A stretch of DNA of 64,000 nt from positions 18,185-82,184 of the forward strand of contig CADBSK010000138.1 of assembly GCA_902797305.1 (NCBI GenBank). The letters run 5' to 3'. Numbering within the stretch: the stretch's first letter is position 1; every line of letters begins with the position of its first letter. Source of the stretch: an uncultured Spirochaetaceae bacterium. GTDB lineage: Bacteria; Spirochaetota; Spirochaetia; Treponematales; Treponemataceae. A model generated the notes under the pieces. It was not told the origin of the DNA. It made no database searches and was given only the letters and a program-made list of their open reading frames with translations. Shown one piece after another: positions 10,594 to 20,858 of this stretch. The position numbers were made by a program, and so were the translations under genes.

Positions 10594-10752
10594 AATACGT
10601 CGAGTCAAGGCACGCGTACGCTTAAAGCCTTGACTTCGCCGGTATTTAGGGTTTGTAATAAACCCTAAATACCGGCGAGTTTTCGATAGAAAACTCGGTA
10701 AGTACGCGCAGCGTACGACTTGAGTAGACCGAAGGTCGTATCGAAATCACCG
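10594..10752. repeat. Multi-hairpin repeated element, copy 1
   Basis: Serial inverted repeats including a perfect 19-bp stem TCGCCGGTATTTAGGGTTT/AAACCCTAAATACCGGCGA; the first ~78 bp recur at 52985-53061. Confidence 0.75.
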
Positions 10753-10781
10753 GTAATGCTATTCTTTTTTTAAGCAAGTAA

Positions 10782-13712
10782 TTACTGAGCAAGAATGTAA
10801 ACAGCACTTAAAGCAGGGACAGTTACAGTTCCGCTGTAAGTCTGACCACTGATTAAGTCAATTCCGCTTGCAGAGAAGGTCTTTGAAGAAGAAGAGTTGT
10901 AGTTAAAGGCAATATAAATTGTCTCTCCACCACCCTGTTTCTTTGCAACATAGAAGTCGCTTTGTCCGGTAATCTGAGTATTTGTACCGTTCCACAAAGC
11001 TTCGTGATCAGCACGGGCTTCAAGACATTTTTGCGTCCAGTCGTGAACCTGCTGTTCATAAGTTGTAAAACCAGAAATCTTACCGCTTGAACGGGCTACG
11101 TTATCAGAATACCAGCCAGTTCCGTTTGAGTTATCAGCAGAGCGGGCACCAATTTCATCACCATAGTAAATTGTAATTGGACCAGAATATGCACACTGAG
11201 CAGCTAGAAGAACCTTGTTTCGTCCTACATATTCATCGCTTTCGTATCCACAAGACCACTTCTTATTAATAAGGTCTCCAATACGATAAAGGTCATGATT
11301 AGAAAGCATGAAGTTTGGATAATAAATATCATAAGTTCCGTCAGAATCCAGACAAGAATAGCCTTTGTCTGTGTATGTCTTATAAAGATAGCTCAAACCA
11401 GTTGTAATATTACCTGTTGTAGTACCACCCCATTCCTGAGCAAATCCCTGAACGACCTGATAATATGCAGGGAAATCAAAACATGAATTTAAGCCATAAC
11501 CGGCAGAACTCCAGCTGTCAACTACACATGCCTGAATTCTACTAGCATCTCCGTCCCAGTCTTCACCAACCATATAGCCTAATGTTCCCCAGTCAGTTCC
11601 CTTTGTACCGTTAGAGGCTGCAGCAGCTTCAATTACATTACGAATTTCATACCAGTAGTTATGTCCACCAGTATTACAATTAGAACCACTATTATATTCT
11701 CCATGAGATAACTGGTAACACTGATCAAAGCGCCAACCGTCAATTTTATGTTCTGTAATCCAGTAACGGGCAACATCTGAATAATATTTAAGGGAATTTT
11801 CATTTGTTGCGTAGTTTACAGGATTATTTGTATCTGGAGTTATGCCAGGATTCAAAATTCCATTTCTGCTTGGAGACTGTGCAACAGAGCCTCCATTATG
11901 ACCAAATACACCATCAAGAATGACCGCAATACCACGATTATGGCACTCTTCTACAAGCTCATCAAACACTTCATTTGTTCCAAAATGATTGTCGATATTA
12001 AAGTAGTCATAAGCAAAGTAACCTGTTGAAGACATCTGACTATTATCTCCGCCAGAAGACTGGAAGATTGGAGTCATCCAAAGGGCATTACAACCAAGGC
12101 CCTGAATATAATCCAATGCGTTGATAATTCCTCTAAGGTCACCACCTTTTGTAGCATTACTTGGCCCGTAAGCAGCCGTATAACCTATAGAAGGATCTCC
12201 ATCCTGGAAAGAAGAAACCATTACCTGATAGATACGTAATTCATTTGGATTTGTTACGAGCTTACTTGGCTCTTTTGTAGTCAAACTTGCGCTGTCACTT
12301 CCTGTACCTACGCTGTTTGTAACACTTGCAGATACAGTTACAGTCGCACCTTCAGAAGTAATTCCCAGCTCACTAAGAGATTTTGACCAGGTTCCGGCAG
12401 CAGTACCCATATCGTATTCTGTGCCGTTTACAGTAACCTTTGCAGAAGTGATTGTATCGTTTCCATCGTCAAAATTTACAGAGATACTTCCATTCAAAGC
12501 AATTTTACTTCCATTGGAAGGAGAAATTTTTACAGTTGGAGCAGTTGGCTCAGGTGGAAGGTCTGGATTATAATCATACCAGGTTCCTATAGGCTTTGTT
12601 CCACTATCTCCAATAAACCACCATTCACCAGCTGTTCTTGTAAGATTTCCAGTCTGCCCATCCCAGGAATCTTTTGTAGTCTTAAATATAAGTTTTGCGC
12701 TTGTTACATTCAAAGTATAAGTGTACCAGTCATTACCTTCAGAAGTCATATCATAAGAATTTGTTGTAATTCCTGTAGTTTCATAAATATAAATACCCTT
12801 GTATCCCTTGGCATGCACAATAATCCTATCATCAACAACCTTACTTCCCACAGTTACGCTTGCAGTTCCGCCACTTGTTACGGTTACGGTTTTGCTTGTC
12901 TTTACAGTGCTTCCATCCAGAACATAAAGTGTCCAGGTTCCTGGAGCAACGTCTGAAATTGTTACAGGACTATCAGCAACATCTGCAGTTGCAGTTGAAC
13001 TCAACGGATCGTTAATCTGCAAAGTACATCCGTCGTATTCGTAACAAGTTACATTTACAGAACCTGCGGTCAATTTATAGCTGGCTGCTTCACCCAAAGA
13101 ATCGTTTTTATAATCGCTGGCAATCTGAGTTGCATTAATCAAACATGCATGTGTATCAGTTGGAATTGCATTCTCTATAGAAGAAACTTTATCTGCAGTT
13201 ATAGCATTTGTATTTACATTTGCTGCAAAAAGGGCTTCAAAAACAATTCCTGTCTTTGTTGATTCCCAGTTTACATTTACCGAATTTGTTGTATCGGCTT
13301 TAATATCTGTAATCGCACTGATTCTAATTCCATCTATCAGAGTATTTCCGGTACCGCTATAGGCTTGAACAACAACTACTGCATTTTTACATACAGGTAT
13401 ACTTTCAATCGTAATTCCAGAAGCTTTTCCTGCAGAAACGGCTGTTAATTCGCTGGTTTTAGTAAACTTTTCACCTTTTGAACTATAACCTGTTATAGTT
13501 GCCTGCGCATAAGTAATTTCTTTATTGTAAATTGCGCGAGAATTTTCAGAAACTTCACTGGATTTTTCAGAAATTTCACTGTATTTTACAGAAAGCGTTC
13601 CATATTCCAATGAGTTCGGATTAATATCAGATTTACAGCCAGTAAAAACAATGCCTACAATAGCTGCAAACAATAAAAACATCTTAAAGAAAGATTTCCC
13701 ATTTTTTTTCAT
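10782..13712 (-). CDS. GH13 alpha-amylase-family lipoprotein with shared N-terminal module and CBM26-like domain
   Basis: DGVFGH, GWRFDQ, VGEDW, SNHD; lipobox FTGC; start moved to MKKNGKSFF with a GAGGAG RBS. Confidence 0.88.
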   Translation of the reverse strand: MKKNGKSFFKMFLLFAAIVGIVFTGCKSDINPNSLEYGTLSVKYSEISEKSSEVSENSRAIYNKEITYAQATITGYSSKGEKFTKTSELTAVSAGKASGITIESIPVCKNAVVVVQAYSGTGNTLIDGIRISAITDIKADTTNSVNVNWESTKTGIVFEALFAANVNTNAITADKVSSIENAIPTDTHACLINATQIASDYKNDSLGEAASYKLTAGSVNVTCYEYDGCTLQINDPLSSTATADVADSPVTISDVAPGTWTLYVLDGSTVKTSKTVTVTSGGTASVTVGSKVVDDRIIVHAKGYKGIYIYETTGITTNSYDMTSEGNDWYTYTLNVTSAKLIFKTTKDSWDGQTGNLTRTAGEWWFIGDSGTKPIGTWYDYNPDLPPEPTAPTVKISPSNGSKIALNGSISVNFDDGNDTITSAKVTVNGTEYDMGTAAGTWSKSLSELGITSEGATVTVSASVTNSVGTGSDSASLTTKEPSKLVTNPNELRIYQVMVSSFQDGDPSIGYTAAYGPSNATKGGDLRGIINALDYIQGLGCNALWMTPIFQSSGGDNSQMSSTGYFAYDYFNIDNHFGTNEVFDELVEECHNRGIAVILDGVFGHNGGSVAQSPSRNGILNPGITPDTNNPVNYATNENSLKYYSDVARYWITEHKIDGWRFDQCYQLSHGEYNSGSNCNTGGHNYWYEIRNVIEAAAASNGTKGTDWGTLGYMVGEDWDGDASRIQACVVDSWSSAGYGLNSCFDFPAYYQVVQGFAQEWGGTTTGNITTGLSYLYKTYTDKGYSCLDSDGTYDIYYPNFMLSNHDLYRIGDLINKKWSCGYESDEYVGRNKVLLAAQCAYSGPITIYYGDEIGARSADNSNGTGWYSDNVARSSGKISGFTTYEQQVHDWTQKCLEARADHEALWNGTNTQITGQSDFYVAKKQGGGETIYIAFNYNSSSSKTFSASGIDLISGQTYSGTVTVPALSAVYILAQ

Positions 13713-13855
13713 GAAGTATCTCCTCACTTTTTCTATTAACTTCAATCTTCTTATTCTATTTTGCTTTTTAAAATAAAGCAAACTAATTTCGAGCATCTAT
13801 ATTTTTGATATCATCGCTCCATATGGCATCATGAATGTCAGTTCCTAAATTAATT

Positions 13856-16800
13856 CTATTGAGGATCCAGAACCGCAAAACCGTTTGCAGGAGCCGAAAG
13901 ACTATAGTTACCGCTTACAGTTACGGTGCTAGTGTTTAGAGTGCCGTCCCCAGAACTAGTGTATAGGGTATAGGTACCACTTGGAAGCTCTGAGAAAGAA
14001 TAACTTCCTTCACTGTCCTGATGGTTCAAAAGAACTGCAGCAGTTTTTCCGTTCCAGGTGCGGGTAAAGGCAGCAGGTATTGTATTAATACTTACATTGT
14101 TCTGAGCCCCTTTCTGAATGCACTCACTTGCGTGGTAAACCTGGTTAAGAACCTTTAGATGTTTGTACATTGCAGGTTTATTATTCTTAACATAATTTAT
14201 ACCAACATCTCCAAGCATCCATCTTGAAACTACATCATCCTTGTTTGTTGAAGGATGTGTTCCACTCCATGAATACATTGCTTCTGTTCCATAATAAACA
14301 ATTGGAACCCCGCGGAATAGATAGATGTAGTTGAGTGCATTTTTATAACGAGTTTCGCTGAACAAACCTTCACAACGGTAACAGTCGTGATTATCCACGA
14401 ACATAGCGGTTTTAGTGTATTCGTCTTCTGTCATACAAGAGAACTGAACATCACCTTGAGAAATAACGTTACTGTAAACAGCACCAATTGAATCAGAACC
14501 GTTAAATACCTTCTGCATATTTCCTGGATAATCAAGACAACTCAAATGCATATCCAGCATATGAAGGGAATCTGTTGTGTCCTTTGAATGACGAGCAACT
14601 GCATCATAGCGACCGCACCAGGCTTCACCAATCATATAGAAATAGTCATTTCCTTTTTCTTTTGCATAGTTGTACATTGCATCGGCAAATTCACCAGCAA
14701 ATTCATTTGGAATATAAGCCACTGTATCAATACGGAAGGCATCAACACCTGCATCAATAAATTTCTTATAAACATTGATTAAGTGGTGTCGGCTGTCTTT
14801 TCCATCTTCACCGAGATGACCAAAGTCAATCAAATCTGCACACTGACCAAATCCGTAATAAGAATAGAAACCATTCTTACTTGGAGTTTTTCCTTCTGCA
14901 ACCGGTTCATAGTATGGATCAAGAGTCTGCCATGCCCATTGTTTACCGTCCATAATTGTCTGAACAGGATTAGAAGCCCACAAAGTTGGAGCAGAACCGG
15001 CACCATGATTTCCGTGGTTTATTACAATATCCTGCATTACGCGGATTCCTTTTGCGTGGCAGGCATCAATAAAGTCCTTGTAATCATCCCAACCATCGCT
15101 ATACTTTCCACTTGAATGCAAGTGAGGATCAATCTGGTCAAAATCGTAGCCCCAGTATCCATGGAAGGCAGAAGCCTGATATGCGTCTCCTCCGCTTGAA
15201 CCATCATAGAAGTAGCGACCTTCCGGCTGTTTTACGCTTGGTGTAATCCAAATTGCTGTAAAGCCCATATCTTTAATGTAATCGAGATTATTTATAATTC
15301 CCTTAAAGTCGCCACCGTGATAATAGCTAAGGACACCACACTTATCTTCACTGTAATCATAAATACTTGTTCCGTCAGGCATGTATTCATCGCCCCAGAT
15401 ATTATTATTTGTGCTGTCACCATCTGCAAAACGGTCGGTCATCATAAAATAAACTGTTTCTTCCCTGAAGTCTCGATGAATAAAGTCGGATTTTTTTGTA
15501 ACAGTGATTTTCTGTGACTGAGTAGCATTTGAACCGTCTGTACCAGTTACAGTTAAAGTTACAGTATATGAACCGACACTTTCATAAGTATGAGTTGGTT
15601 TAGCACCTGTTCCGGTTGTTCCATCACCAAAATCCCAGCTGTAACTTGCAATATCACCTTTAGAACTAGAACCATCAAAAGTCTTTTCTACAGTCGCCAT
15701 TGCACTAGAAGTAGAAGAAATTACGGCTGTGAGAATAATTGTGTTTTTAATAGTCAAACTTACAATGCTAGAGTTTACACTATTATTTGCGTTATCATAA
15801 GCAACAGCCTGAACCTGATATGTTCCATTATCAATCGTTGTTGTATCCCAAATAAAAGCACTTGTTCCATCTGTTGAACCAAGCAAAATACTGTCTGCAT
15901 AATAAGATACTTTAGAAATACCACCTTCATCTTTTGCAAAAGCAAAAAGTTCGGCAGTTTCACTCAAAACAGAACTTGATGAAGGGCGAACCCAGGTAAC
16001 AATAGGAGCTGTTGTATCAGTACTTGAAGACCCTGTAAATCCACTTCCTTCGTAATACCATACGCCAGCTTTACAAGACATATCAGCTGTCTGACTTCCG
16101 TTCCAATCTTCTTGAGTCTTAAACAGCAAATTAATTGAAGAATAATCTAAAGTACCTGTATACCAGTCCTCACCTTTTTCTTCATCATCTTTCATAGTGA
16201 GAAGAGAACCTGAACCATTACCTTCCCAATACCAGCAATATTTATACCCCTTTACATGCAAAACAATATTACTGGCCACAGTCTCCTGAATTACATATTC
16301 TGAATTATCTTTAAGACCTGCAGTTCCGCCAGCCATATAATCCTTTGCGATTTGAGCAGAATTGATTTTTGTAAAATCATAAGAAGTGTCAATTGCGTTT
16401 TCTAAAGCTGCTTTGTCTGCACTCAAAATCGAAGACAGACTCGTTCCAAGTTCCCAAAGAAAATAAAAGACATTACCAAGAGAAGTGGTTGTTTTTGTAA
16501 TCGTACATGAATTGTCTCCACTCTTTATGTCCATTACAGTACGAATAGCCCCGCCAAAAAGCACATTGCCATCTGCATCGTAGGCATAAGCCGAAATAAC
16601 ACGATTATTACCAACAGGAATGTTTTCTACTATAATATTAGAAGAATTCTTTCCATTAGAAACATTTGCAACAGTAGAAGGCTCACTACCAAGCTCTATA
16701 CCAGTACCAGAAACAACAACCTTTGCTGTCGCAATCTGAGATACATCAAGTTTTCGGGAACCAGATGACATGGAGGCATCGTTCATTGATACTGAAAGAT

Positions 16801-16927
16801 TTGCATACTGTTCAGAAGCAGAATCGTTCTTACCAAGTAAACCATTACCGCAGCTACTAAAAAGAGCGATACACAATAAAAAATAAACTTTAACAAGATT
16901 TTTGTTCACTTTAATTCTCCCATCCAC
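13856..16927 (-). CDS. GH13 alpha-amylase-family lipoprotein with shared N-terminal module, CBM-like, Ig-like and PKD domains
   Basis: DIVINH, AFRIDTV, IGEAW, FVDNHD; PKD motif SYSWDFGDG; lipobox FSSC; start may be GTG at 16909. Confidence 0.88.
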   Translation of the reverse strand: MDGRIKVNKNLVKVYFLLCIALFSSCGNGLLGKNDSASEQYANLSVSMNDASMSSGSRKLDVSQIATAKVVVSGTGIELGSEPSTVANVSNGKNSSNIIVENIPVGNNRVISAYAYDADGNVLFGGAIRTVMDIKSGDNSCTITKTTTSLGNVFYFLWELGTSLSSILSADKAALENAIDTSYDFTKINSAQIAKDYMAGGTAGLKDNSEYVIQETVASNIVLHVKGYKYCWYWEGNGSGSLLTMKDDEEKGEDWYTGTLDYSSINLLFKTQEDWNGSQTADMSCKAGVWYYEGSGFTGSSSTDTTAPIVTWVRPSSSSVLSETAELFAFAKDEGGISKVSYYADSILLGSTDGTSAFIWDTTTIDNGTYQVQAVAYDNANNSVNSSIVSLTIKNTIILTAVISSTSSAMATVEKTFDGSSSKGDIASYSWDFGDGTTGTGAKPTHTYESVGSYTVTLTVTGTDGSNATQSQKITVTKKSDFIHRDFREETVYFMMTDRFADGDSTNNNIWGDEYMPDGTSIYDYSEDKCGVLSYYHGGDFKGIINNLDYIKDMGFTAIWITPSVKQPEGRYFYDGSSGGDAYQASAFHGYWGYDFDQIDPHLHSSGKYSDGWDDYKDFIDACHAKGIRVMQDIVINHGNHGAGSAPTLWASNPVQTIMDGKQWAWQTLDPYYEPVAEGKTPSKNGFYSYYGFGQCADLIDFGHLGEDGKDSRHHLINVYKKFIDAGVDAFRIDTVAYIPNEFAGEFADAMYNYAKEKGNDYFYMIGEAWCGRYDAVARHSKDTTDSLHMLDMHLSCLDYPGNMQKVFNGSDSIGAVYSNVISQGDVQFSCMTEDEYTKTAMFVDNHDCYRCEGLFSETRYKNALNYIYLFRGVPIVYYGTEAMYSWSGTHPSTNKDDVVSRWMLGDVGINYVKNNKPAMYKHLKVLNQVYHASECIQKGAQNNVSINTIPAAFTRTWNGKTAAVLLNHQDSEGSYSFSELPSGTYTLYTSSGDGTLNTSTVTVSGNYSLSAPANGFAVLDPQ

Positions 16928-16928
16928 C

Positions 16929-19900
16929 TTACTTCAACCAGTCGGTATCTTCACCGATTTTTCCATCTGCACCTTTTTCTGTTGCAGTAGCATTTTTCAG
17001 AACGTAGATTCTTGCATTTCCCTGACCGCTGCAAGTTGCTGTTAAACTATCACCTTCGTTTACAGTCTTAGTATCCCCTGTTATAACATCAACATATGTT
17101 CCACCCGGAATACCGCTAAAGGTTGAATCTCCGCTTATTGTCACAAGAACAAAGCTGTCAATGCTTTTTGCTGCATCTGTAAATCTTCGTTTAAAACTCA
17201 TGGAACCAGAACAATTTTCTGTTGAATACTGACCTTTCTGTAATGCAGGAATTGCACGGCGAATCTTATTGAGACGCATAATATGTTTACATAACGGCTG
17301 TTCCAGAGTATCTGCGACTGTTCCTGATGCAGTATAAACAGAAAAATCACTGGCAGTAACAGTTCCTTCAAGAGACTCGCCAAAATATGCTCGTCCTGTT
17401 TCACATAAAGGAATATTCGGTCCTTCATCGATTACTTTTCCTGCCATAAATTCAACTTCGCTACCATAATACAGACAAGGAATGCCTCGGAAGGTGAACA
17501 TGAGAGAAATATTCTCTGCCCAGGCATCTGTTCCACCATCATAACGATATTTATCTTTATTGCTTGGACCATAATCATGGCTGTCTACATAAACTACATT
17601 CCAGGTAGCATCATTGTATAAATTATCAGAACCATGAACACCGAATGCCCCTGAAGCATTGTTAAAATTCCAGTGCATAGGAAAATCGATTACATTAAGT
17701 CCACTGAACCTTGTGTAATCAGGTGTATGATAGTTATTTCCTACCAATTGATGATTTGTGCTGGTAGGGCGACTTGCTGATACATCCGTTGTATCAATTC
17801 CCTGTCTTTGAGCTGCAAGAGCATTACGTGGAGTTGCTGTACAACCACCTTCAACTTCTCTTGTAAAATACGTTAAATCAGTCTTTATCCTTTCTTCATC
17901 TTTTCCGCTTTCTTCTGTTTCTGGATAAATAATTACATTTTCAAACTGTTCTGTATCCGAGTTACTCCAACCGTAAGTTTCATCGTCTTTCCAGGTATAA
18001 AAATACGGAGAAGCGTTCCAGACATTACCACGATAAGTTACATCATTAGAACGGGCACAAATTTCACTGAACATGTAAAAACCATCGTTTCCGGCATCGG
18101 CCGCAGCTTCTATAAATGCGTCGTTCAGTACCTGATTAAAACTAAGTCTGCTTATGTGTTTACCTGTATCAATTCTAAAAGCATCAACGCCCATCTCGAT
18201 ATATTTTGAATATGCCTTAACGATATAATTAAGAACCTTTGGATTTTCTGTATTAAGGTCTACACAGTCTCCTGCAATCTGCATAAACTGTGCGGTAAAA
18301 TCATCCCAGTTACCAAAACCAAAATGATGATAATAGTTATGAATATCATGGTTTACATAGTCTGTGTTTTTCATCATTGCAAGGCGTTTTGCATACTGTG
18401 CGCCAGCTGTAAGGTTATAATAACTATCGTCCAGTAAAGAACCCGGGCACAACTTTAGGCAGGCATTTATGTCTTCCAAATCCGCAGAATAATCTTTTTC
18501 GAACATTGGACAAAGAGTTGCTTCGCCAAAGTTTCCGGTATGATTAAATACAACGTCAAGGACAAGTTTCATATCCCGAGAATGAACTTCATCAATCAAA
18601 GTTTGAAAATCTACATCATCAGATTCATAGCGTGGGTCAACCTTGCTAAAGTTCATAGCATGATATCCGTGATAGTCCAGCCCGGAACAGTTTTCTACTA
18701 CAGGAGTAATCCAAACGGCACTAAAACCAAGGGCCTTGATATAATCAAGTTTTTGAATCAAGCCCTTAAAATCACCGCGCCAGGCAGGATCGTCAGCTGG
18801 AGTATTAGCGTTTTCATCCCAGCAGTGCACATTGTTACTAGTATCCCCGTCATAAAAACGAGTAGTCATCGCAAAATAAATAGTTTCTTCACGGAAGTCT
18901 ACACCTTTTAATTCTTTAACTTTTATTATCTTTGAAGTTGTTGAGCTTTCTCCGTCATCATCCGTAACGGTAAGTGTCAAAGTACATTCCGCCTCGCTAG
19001 AAGGAAATTTAACAGATATGGTGTCACAATTATCAGGTGAACATAATTCAGCATTATTTGAAACGGTCCATTTATAAGAAACAACCGAGCCGTTCAAGTC
19101 ATAAGAGTTTAGCGCTGAGTAAGACTTGGTCTTTCCCAAAGCAACTTGAGACGAACCTGTAATGACTGCCACAGGCTTAAGATTTTCATTCAAAGTTGTC
19201 TGAGATAGTTCATAAGTTTCGCTTTTATTTTTCTGTGCATCGTAAACTGTAATCAAAATCGTATACGTATTATTTTTATACACTGTGGAATCCCAGTCGT
19301 AAGTAAGCACTTCGGTTAATTCAGAAAAATATATTCTTTTTAAGAATTTTTCTTCTGTTATTGTTCCACCCTTAATATAAAAATCTGCATGAGAGAGCTT
19401 AAGATTATCAGAAGCTTTTACGGTTATACGGTTAATACCAGTTACAGTTTGTCCTGTTTGACTTGTAATTACATTTTCAATCTTCGGAGGGGTTGTATCC
19501 GAAGGATCTTCTGAATACCAGGTTCTGTCTTTATACCACCATTCCCCGGCAGTGATTAAATCACCATTAGAACTCTGACTACTTCCACCATAACTAAAAA
19601 TAATATTCGATTCCGAATAGTTTAAAGTATAAGTATACCAGCCAGGAAGAATATCTTCTTCCATTTTATCTCCTGGCCAATCAGATGTATATTTATTACT
19701 TTCTGACTCATATGCATAAATGTGAGTGTATTCATAAACATGAACAATAATCTTATCGGTTATCGTTGTTAATTTTTTTTCAGTTTCCGCGCCGGAAGTA
19801 AATTTACAAAGAAACTGGGCTACAACTTCATCTCCATTAAACACATATACAGGCCAGATTCCAGGGGCAATATTTTCTACAATATTTGTTTCCCCGGTAC

Positions 19901-20603
19901 ATCCAGTCTTTACAGCCGAAATTGGATCACAAACCTGAATACTATAAGACGGATATTTATCATAAGTCAGTTTTAGAGTTGCAGGAGTTAAAACATAAGA
20001 AGAAGATTCTTTTAAATTGCCTTCCTTATAATCGATTGCAATCTGCTCGGCATCAACGAGACAAGAGTGAACTGCTGGAATTGCATTTTTTATTTTTTGA
20101 ATATCTGAGGCAGAAATAAGGCTGATATTAACATTTTGACTTGAATACAAATAGTAAAAAACGTTTCCAAGAGCGGTAGATTCCCAGTTAACATAAACCT
20201 CGGTATTTTCGCCTGCCTTTACATCTGCAATTGCACGAATAATTGTTGTTCCAATTTTATTCTTTTCAGAATCCATTGCGTAAACAGTAATAATTCGATT
20301 ATTACCCGCTTTTATACCCTTAATTGTTACGGATTCCGATTTACCGTCTGACACAACATCTGTAGAAGAAGGTTCCTTTCCAAGGGTAATACCATCACCA
20401 CTAACATAGGAATAGCAGTATTTAATAGAAGAAATATCCAGAGCGCGGGAGCCGTCTGAGTTAACTACGGTTACTGAACCACACAGCGAACTATCAGGTT
20501 CAAAATCGGTACCATTTGTTGAAGAATTTTTTACAATAATCGGAGAACAACTTGCAAGTAGAATTGAACTCAAAATTGAAAAAAACAGGCTTTTTACTTT
20601 CAT
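16929..20603 (-). CDS. GH13 alpha-amylase-family lipoprotein with shared N-terminal module, CBM26-like, Ig-like and PKD-like domains
   Basis: DVVFNH, AFRIDTG, FSEIC, YVDSHD; lipobox LASC; start taken as MKVKSLFF. Confidence 0.88.
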   Translation of the reverse strand: MKVKSLFFSILSSILLASCSPIIVKNSSTNGTDFEPDSSLCGSVTVVNSDGSRALDISSIKYCYSYVSGDGITLGKEPSSTDVVSDGKSESVTIKGIKAGNNRIITVYAMDSEKNKIGTTIIRAIADVKAGENTEVYVNWESTALGNVFYYLYSSQNVNISLISASDIQKIKNAIPAVHSCLVDAEQIAIDYKEGNLKESSSYVLTPATLKLTYDKYPSYSIQVCDPISAVKTGCTGETNIVENIAPGIWPVYVFNGDEVVAQFLCKFTSGAETEKKLTTITDKIIVHVYEYTHIYAYESESNKYTSDWPGDKMEEDILPGWYTYTLNYSESNIIFSYGGSSQSSNGDLITAGEWWYKDRTWYSEDPSDTTPPKIENVITSQTGQTVTGINRITVKASDNLKLSHADFYIKGGTITEEKFLKRIYFSELTEVLTYDWDSTVYKNNTYTILITVYDAQKNKSETYELSQTTLNENLKPVAVITGSSQVALGKTKSYSALNSYDLNGSVVSYKWTVSNNAELCSPDNCDTISVKFPSSEAECTLTLTVTDDDGESSTTSKIIKVKELKGVDFREETIYFAMTTRFYDGDTSNNVHCWDENANTPADDPAWRGDFKGLIQKLDYIKALGFSAVWITPVVENCSGLDYHGYHAMNFSKVDPRYESDDVDFQTLIDEVHSRDMKLVLDVVFNHTGNFGEATLCPMFEKDYSADLEDINACLKLCPGSLLDDSYYNLTAGAQYAKRLAMMKNTDYVNHDIHNYYHHFGFGNWDDFTAQFMQIAGDCVDLNTENPKVLNYIVKAYSKYIEMGVDAFRIDTGKHISRLSFNQVLNDAFIEAAADAGNDGFYMFSEICARSNDVTYRGNVWNASPYFYTWKDDETYGWSNSDTEQFENVIIYPETEESGKDEERIKTDLTYFTREVEGGCTATPRNALAAQRQGIDTTDVSASRPTSTNHQLVGNNYHTPDYTRFSGLNVIDFPMHWNFNNASGAFGVHGSDNLYNDATWNVVYVDSHDYGPSNKDKYRYDGGTDAWAENISLMFTFRGIPCLYYGSEVEFMAGKVIDEGPNIPLCETGRAYFGESLEGTVTASDFSVYTASGTVADTLEQPLCKHIMRLNKIRRAIPALQKGQYSTENCSGSMSFKRRFTDAAKSIDSFVLVTISGDSTFSGIPGGTYVDVITGDTKTVNEGDSLTATCSGQGNARIYVLKNATATEKGADGKIGEDTDWLK

Positions 20604-20858
20604 AATAACCAACTTTAAATAAAAAATATGATTAGATATAAACTTTTATACGCAATCATTAATTGTAGTTCACATATTTTCTGTAGTCAAATTTATTTAA
20701 AAACAAAACAAAAAAAAAGACCGAAAACTAACTCCGATTAATTATTTTTTGAATATGAGTTCTGTCATTCTTAGGAAATATTTCTTCACGAAGAATCTTT
20801 ATCGTCTTATATTGACAAAATACACCAAAAATGACATATTTCACCTAGAGGGTGTTTT

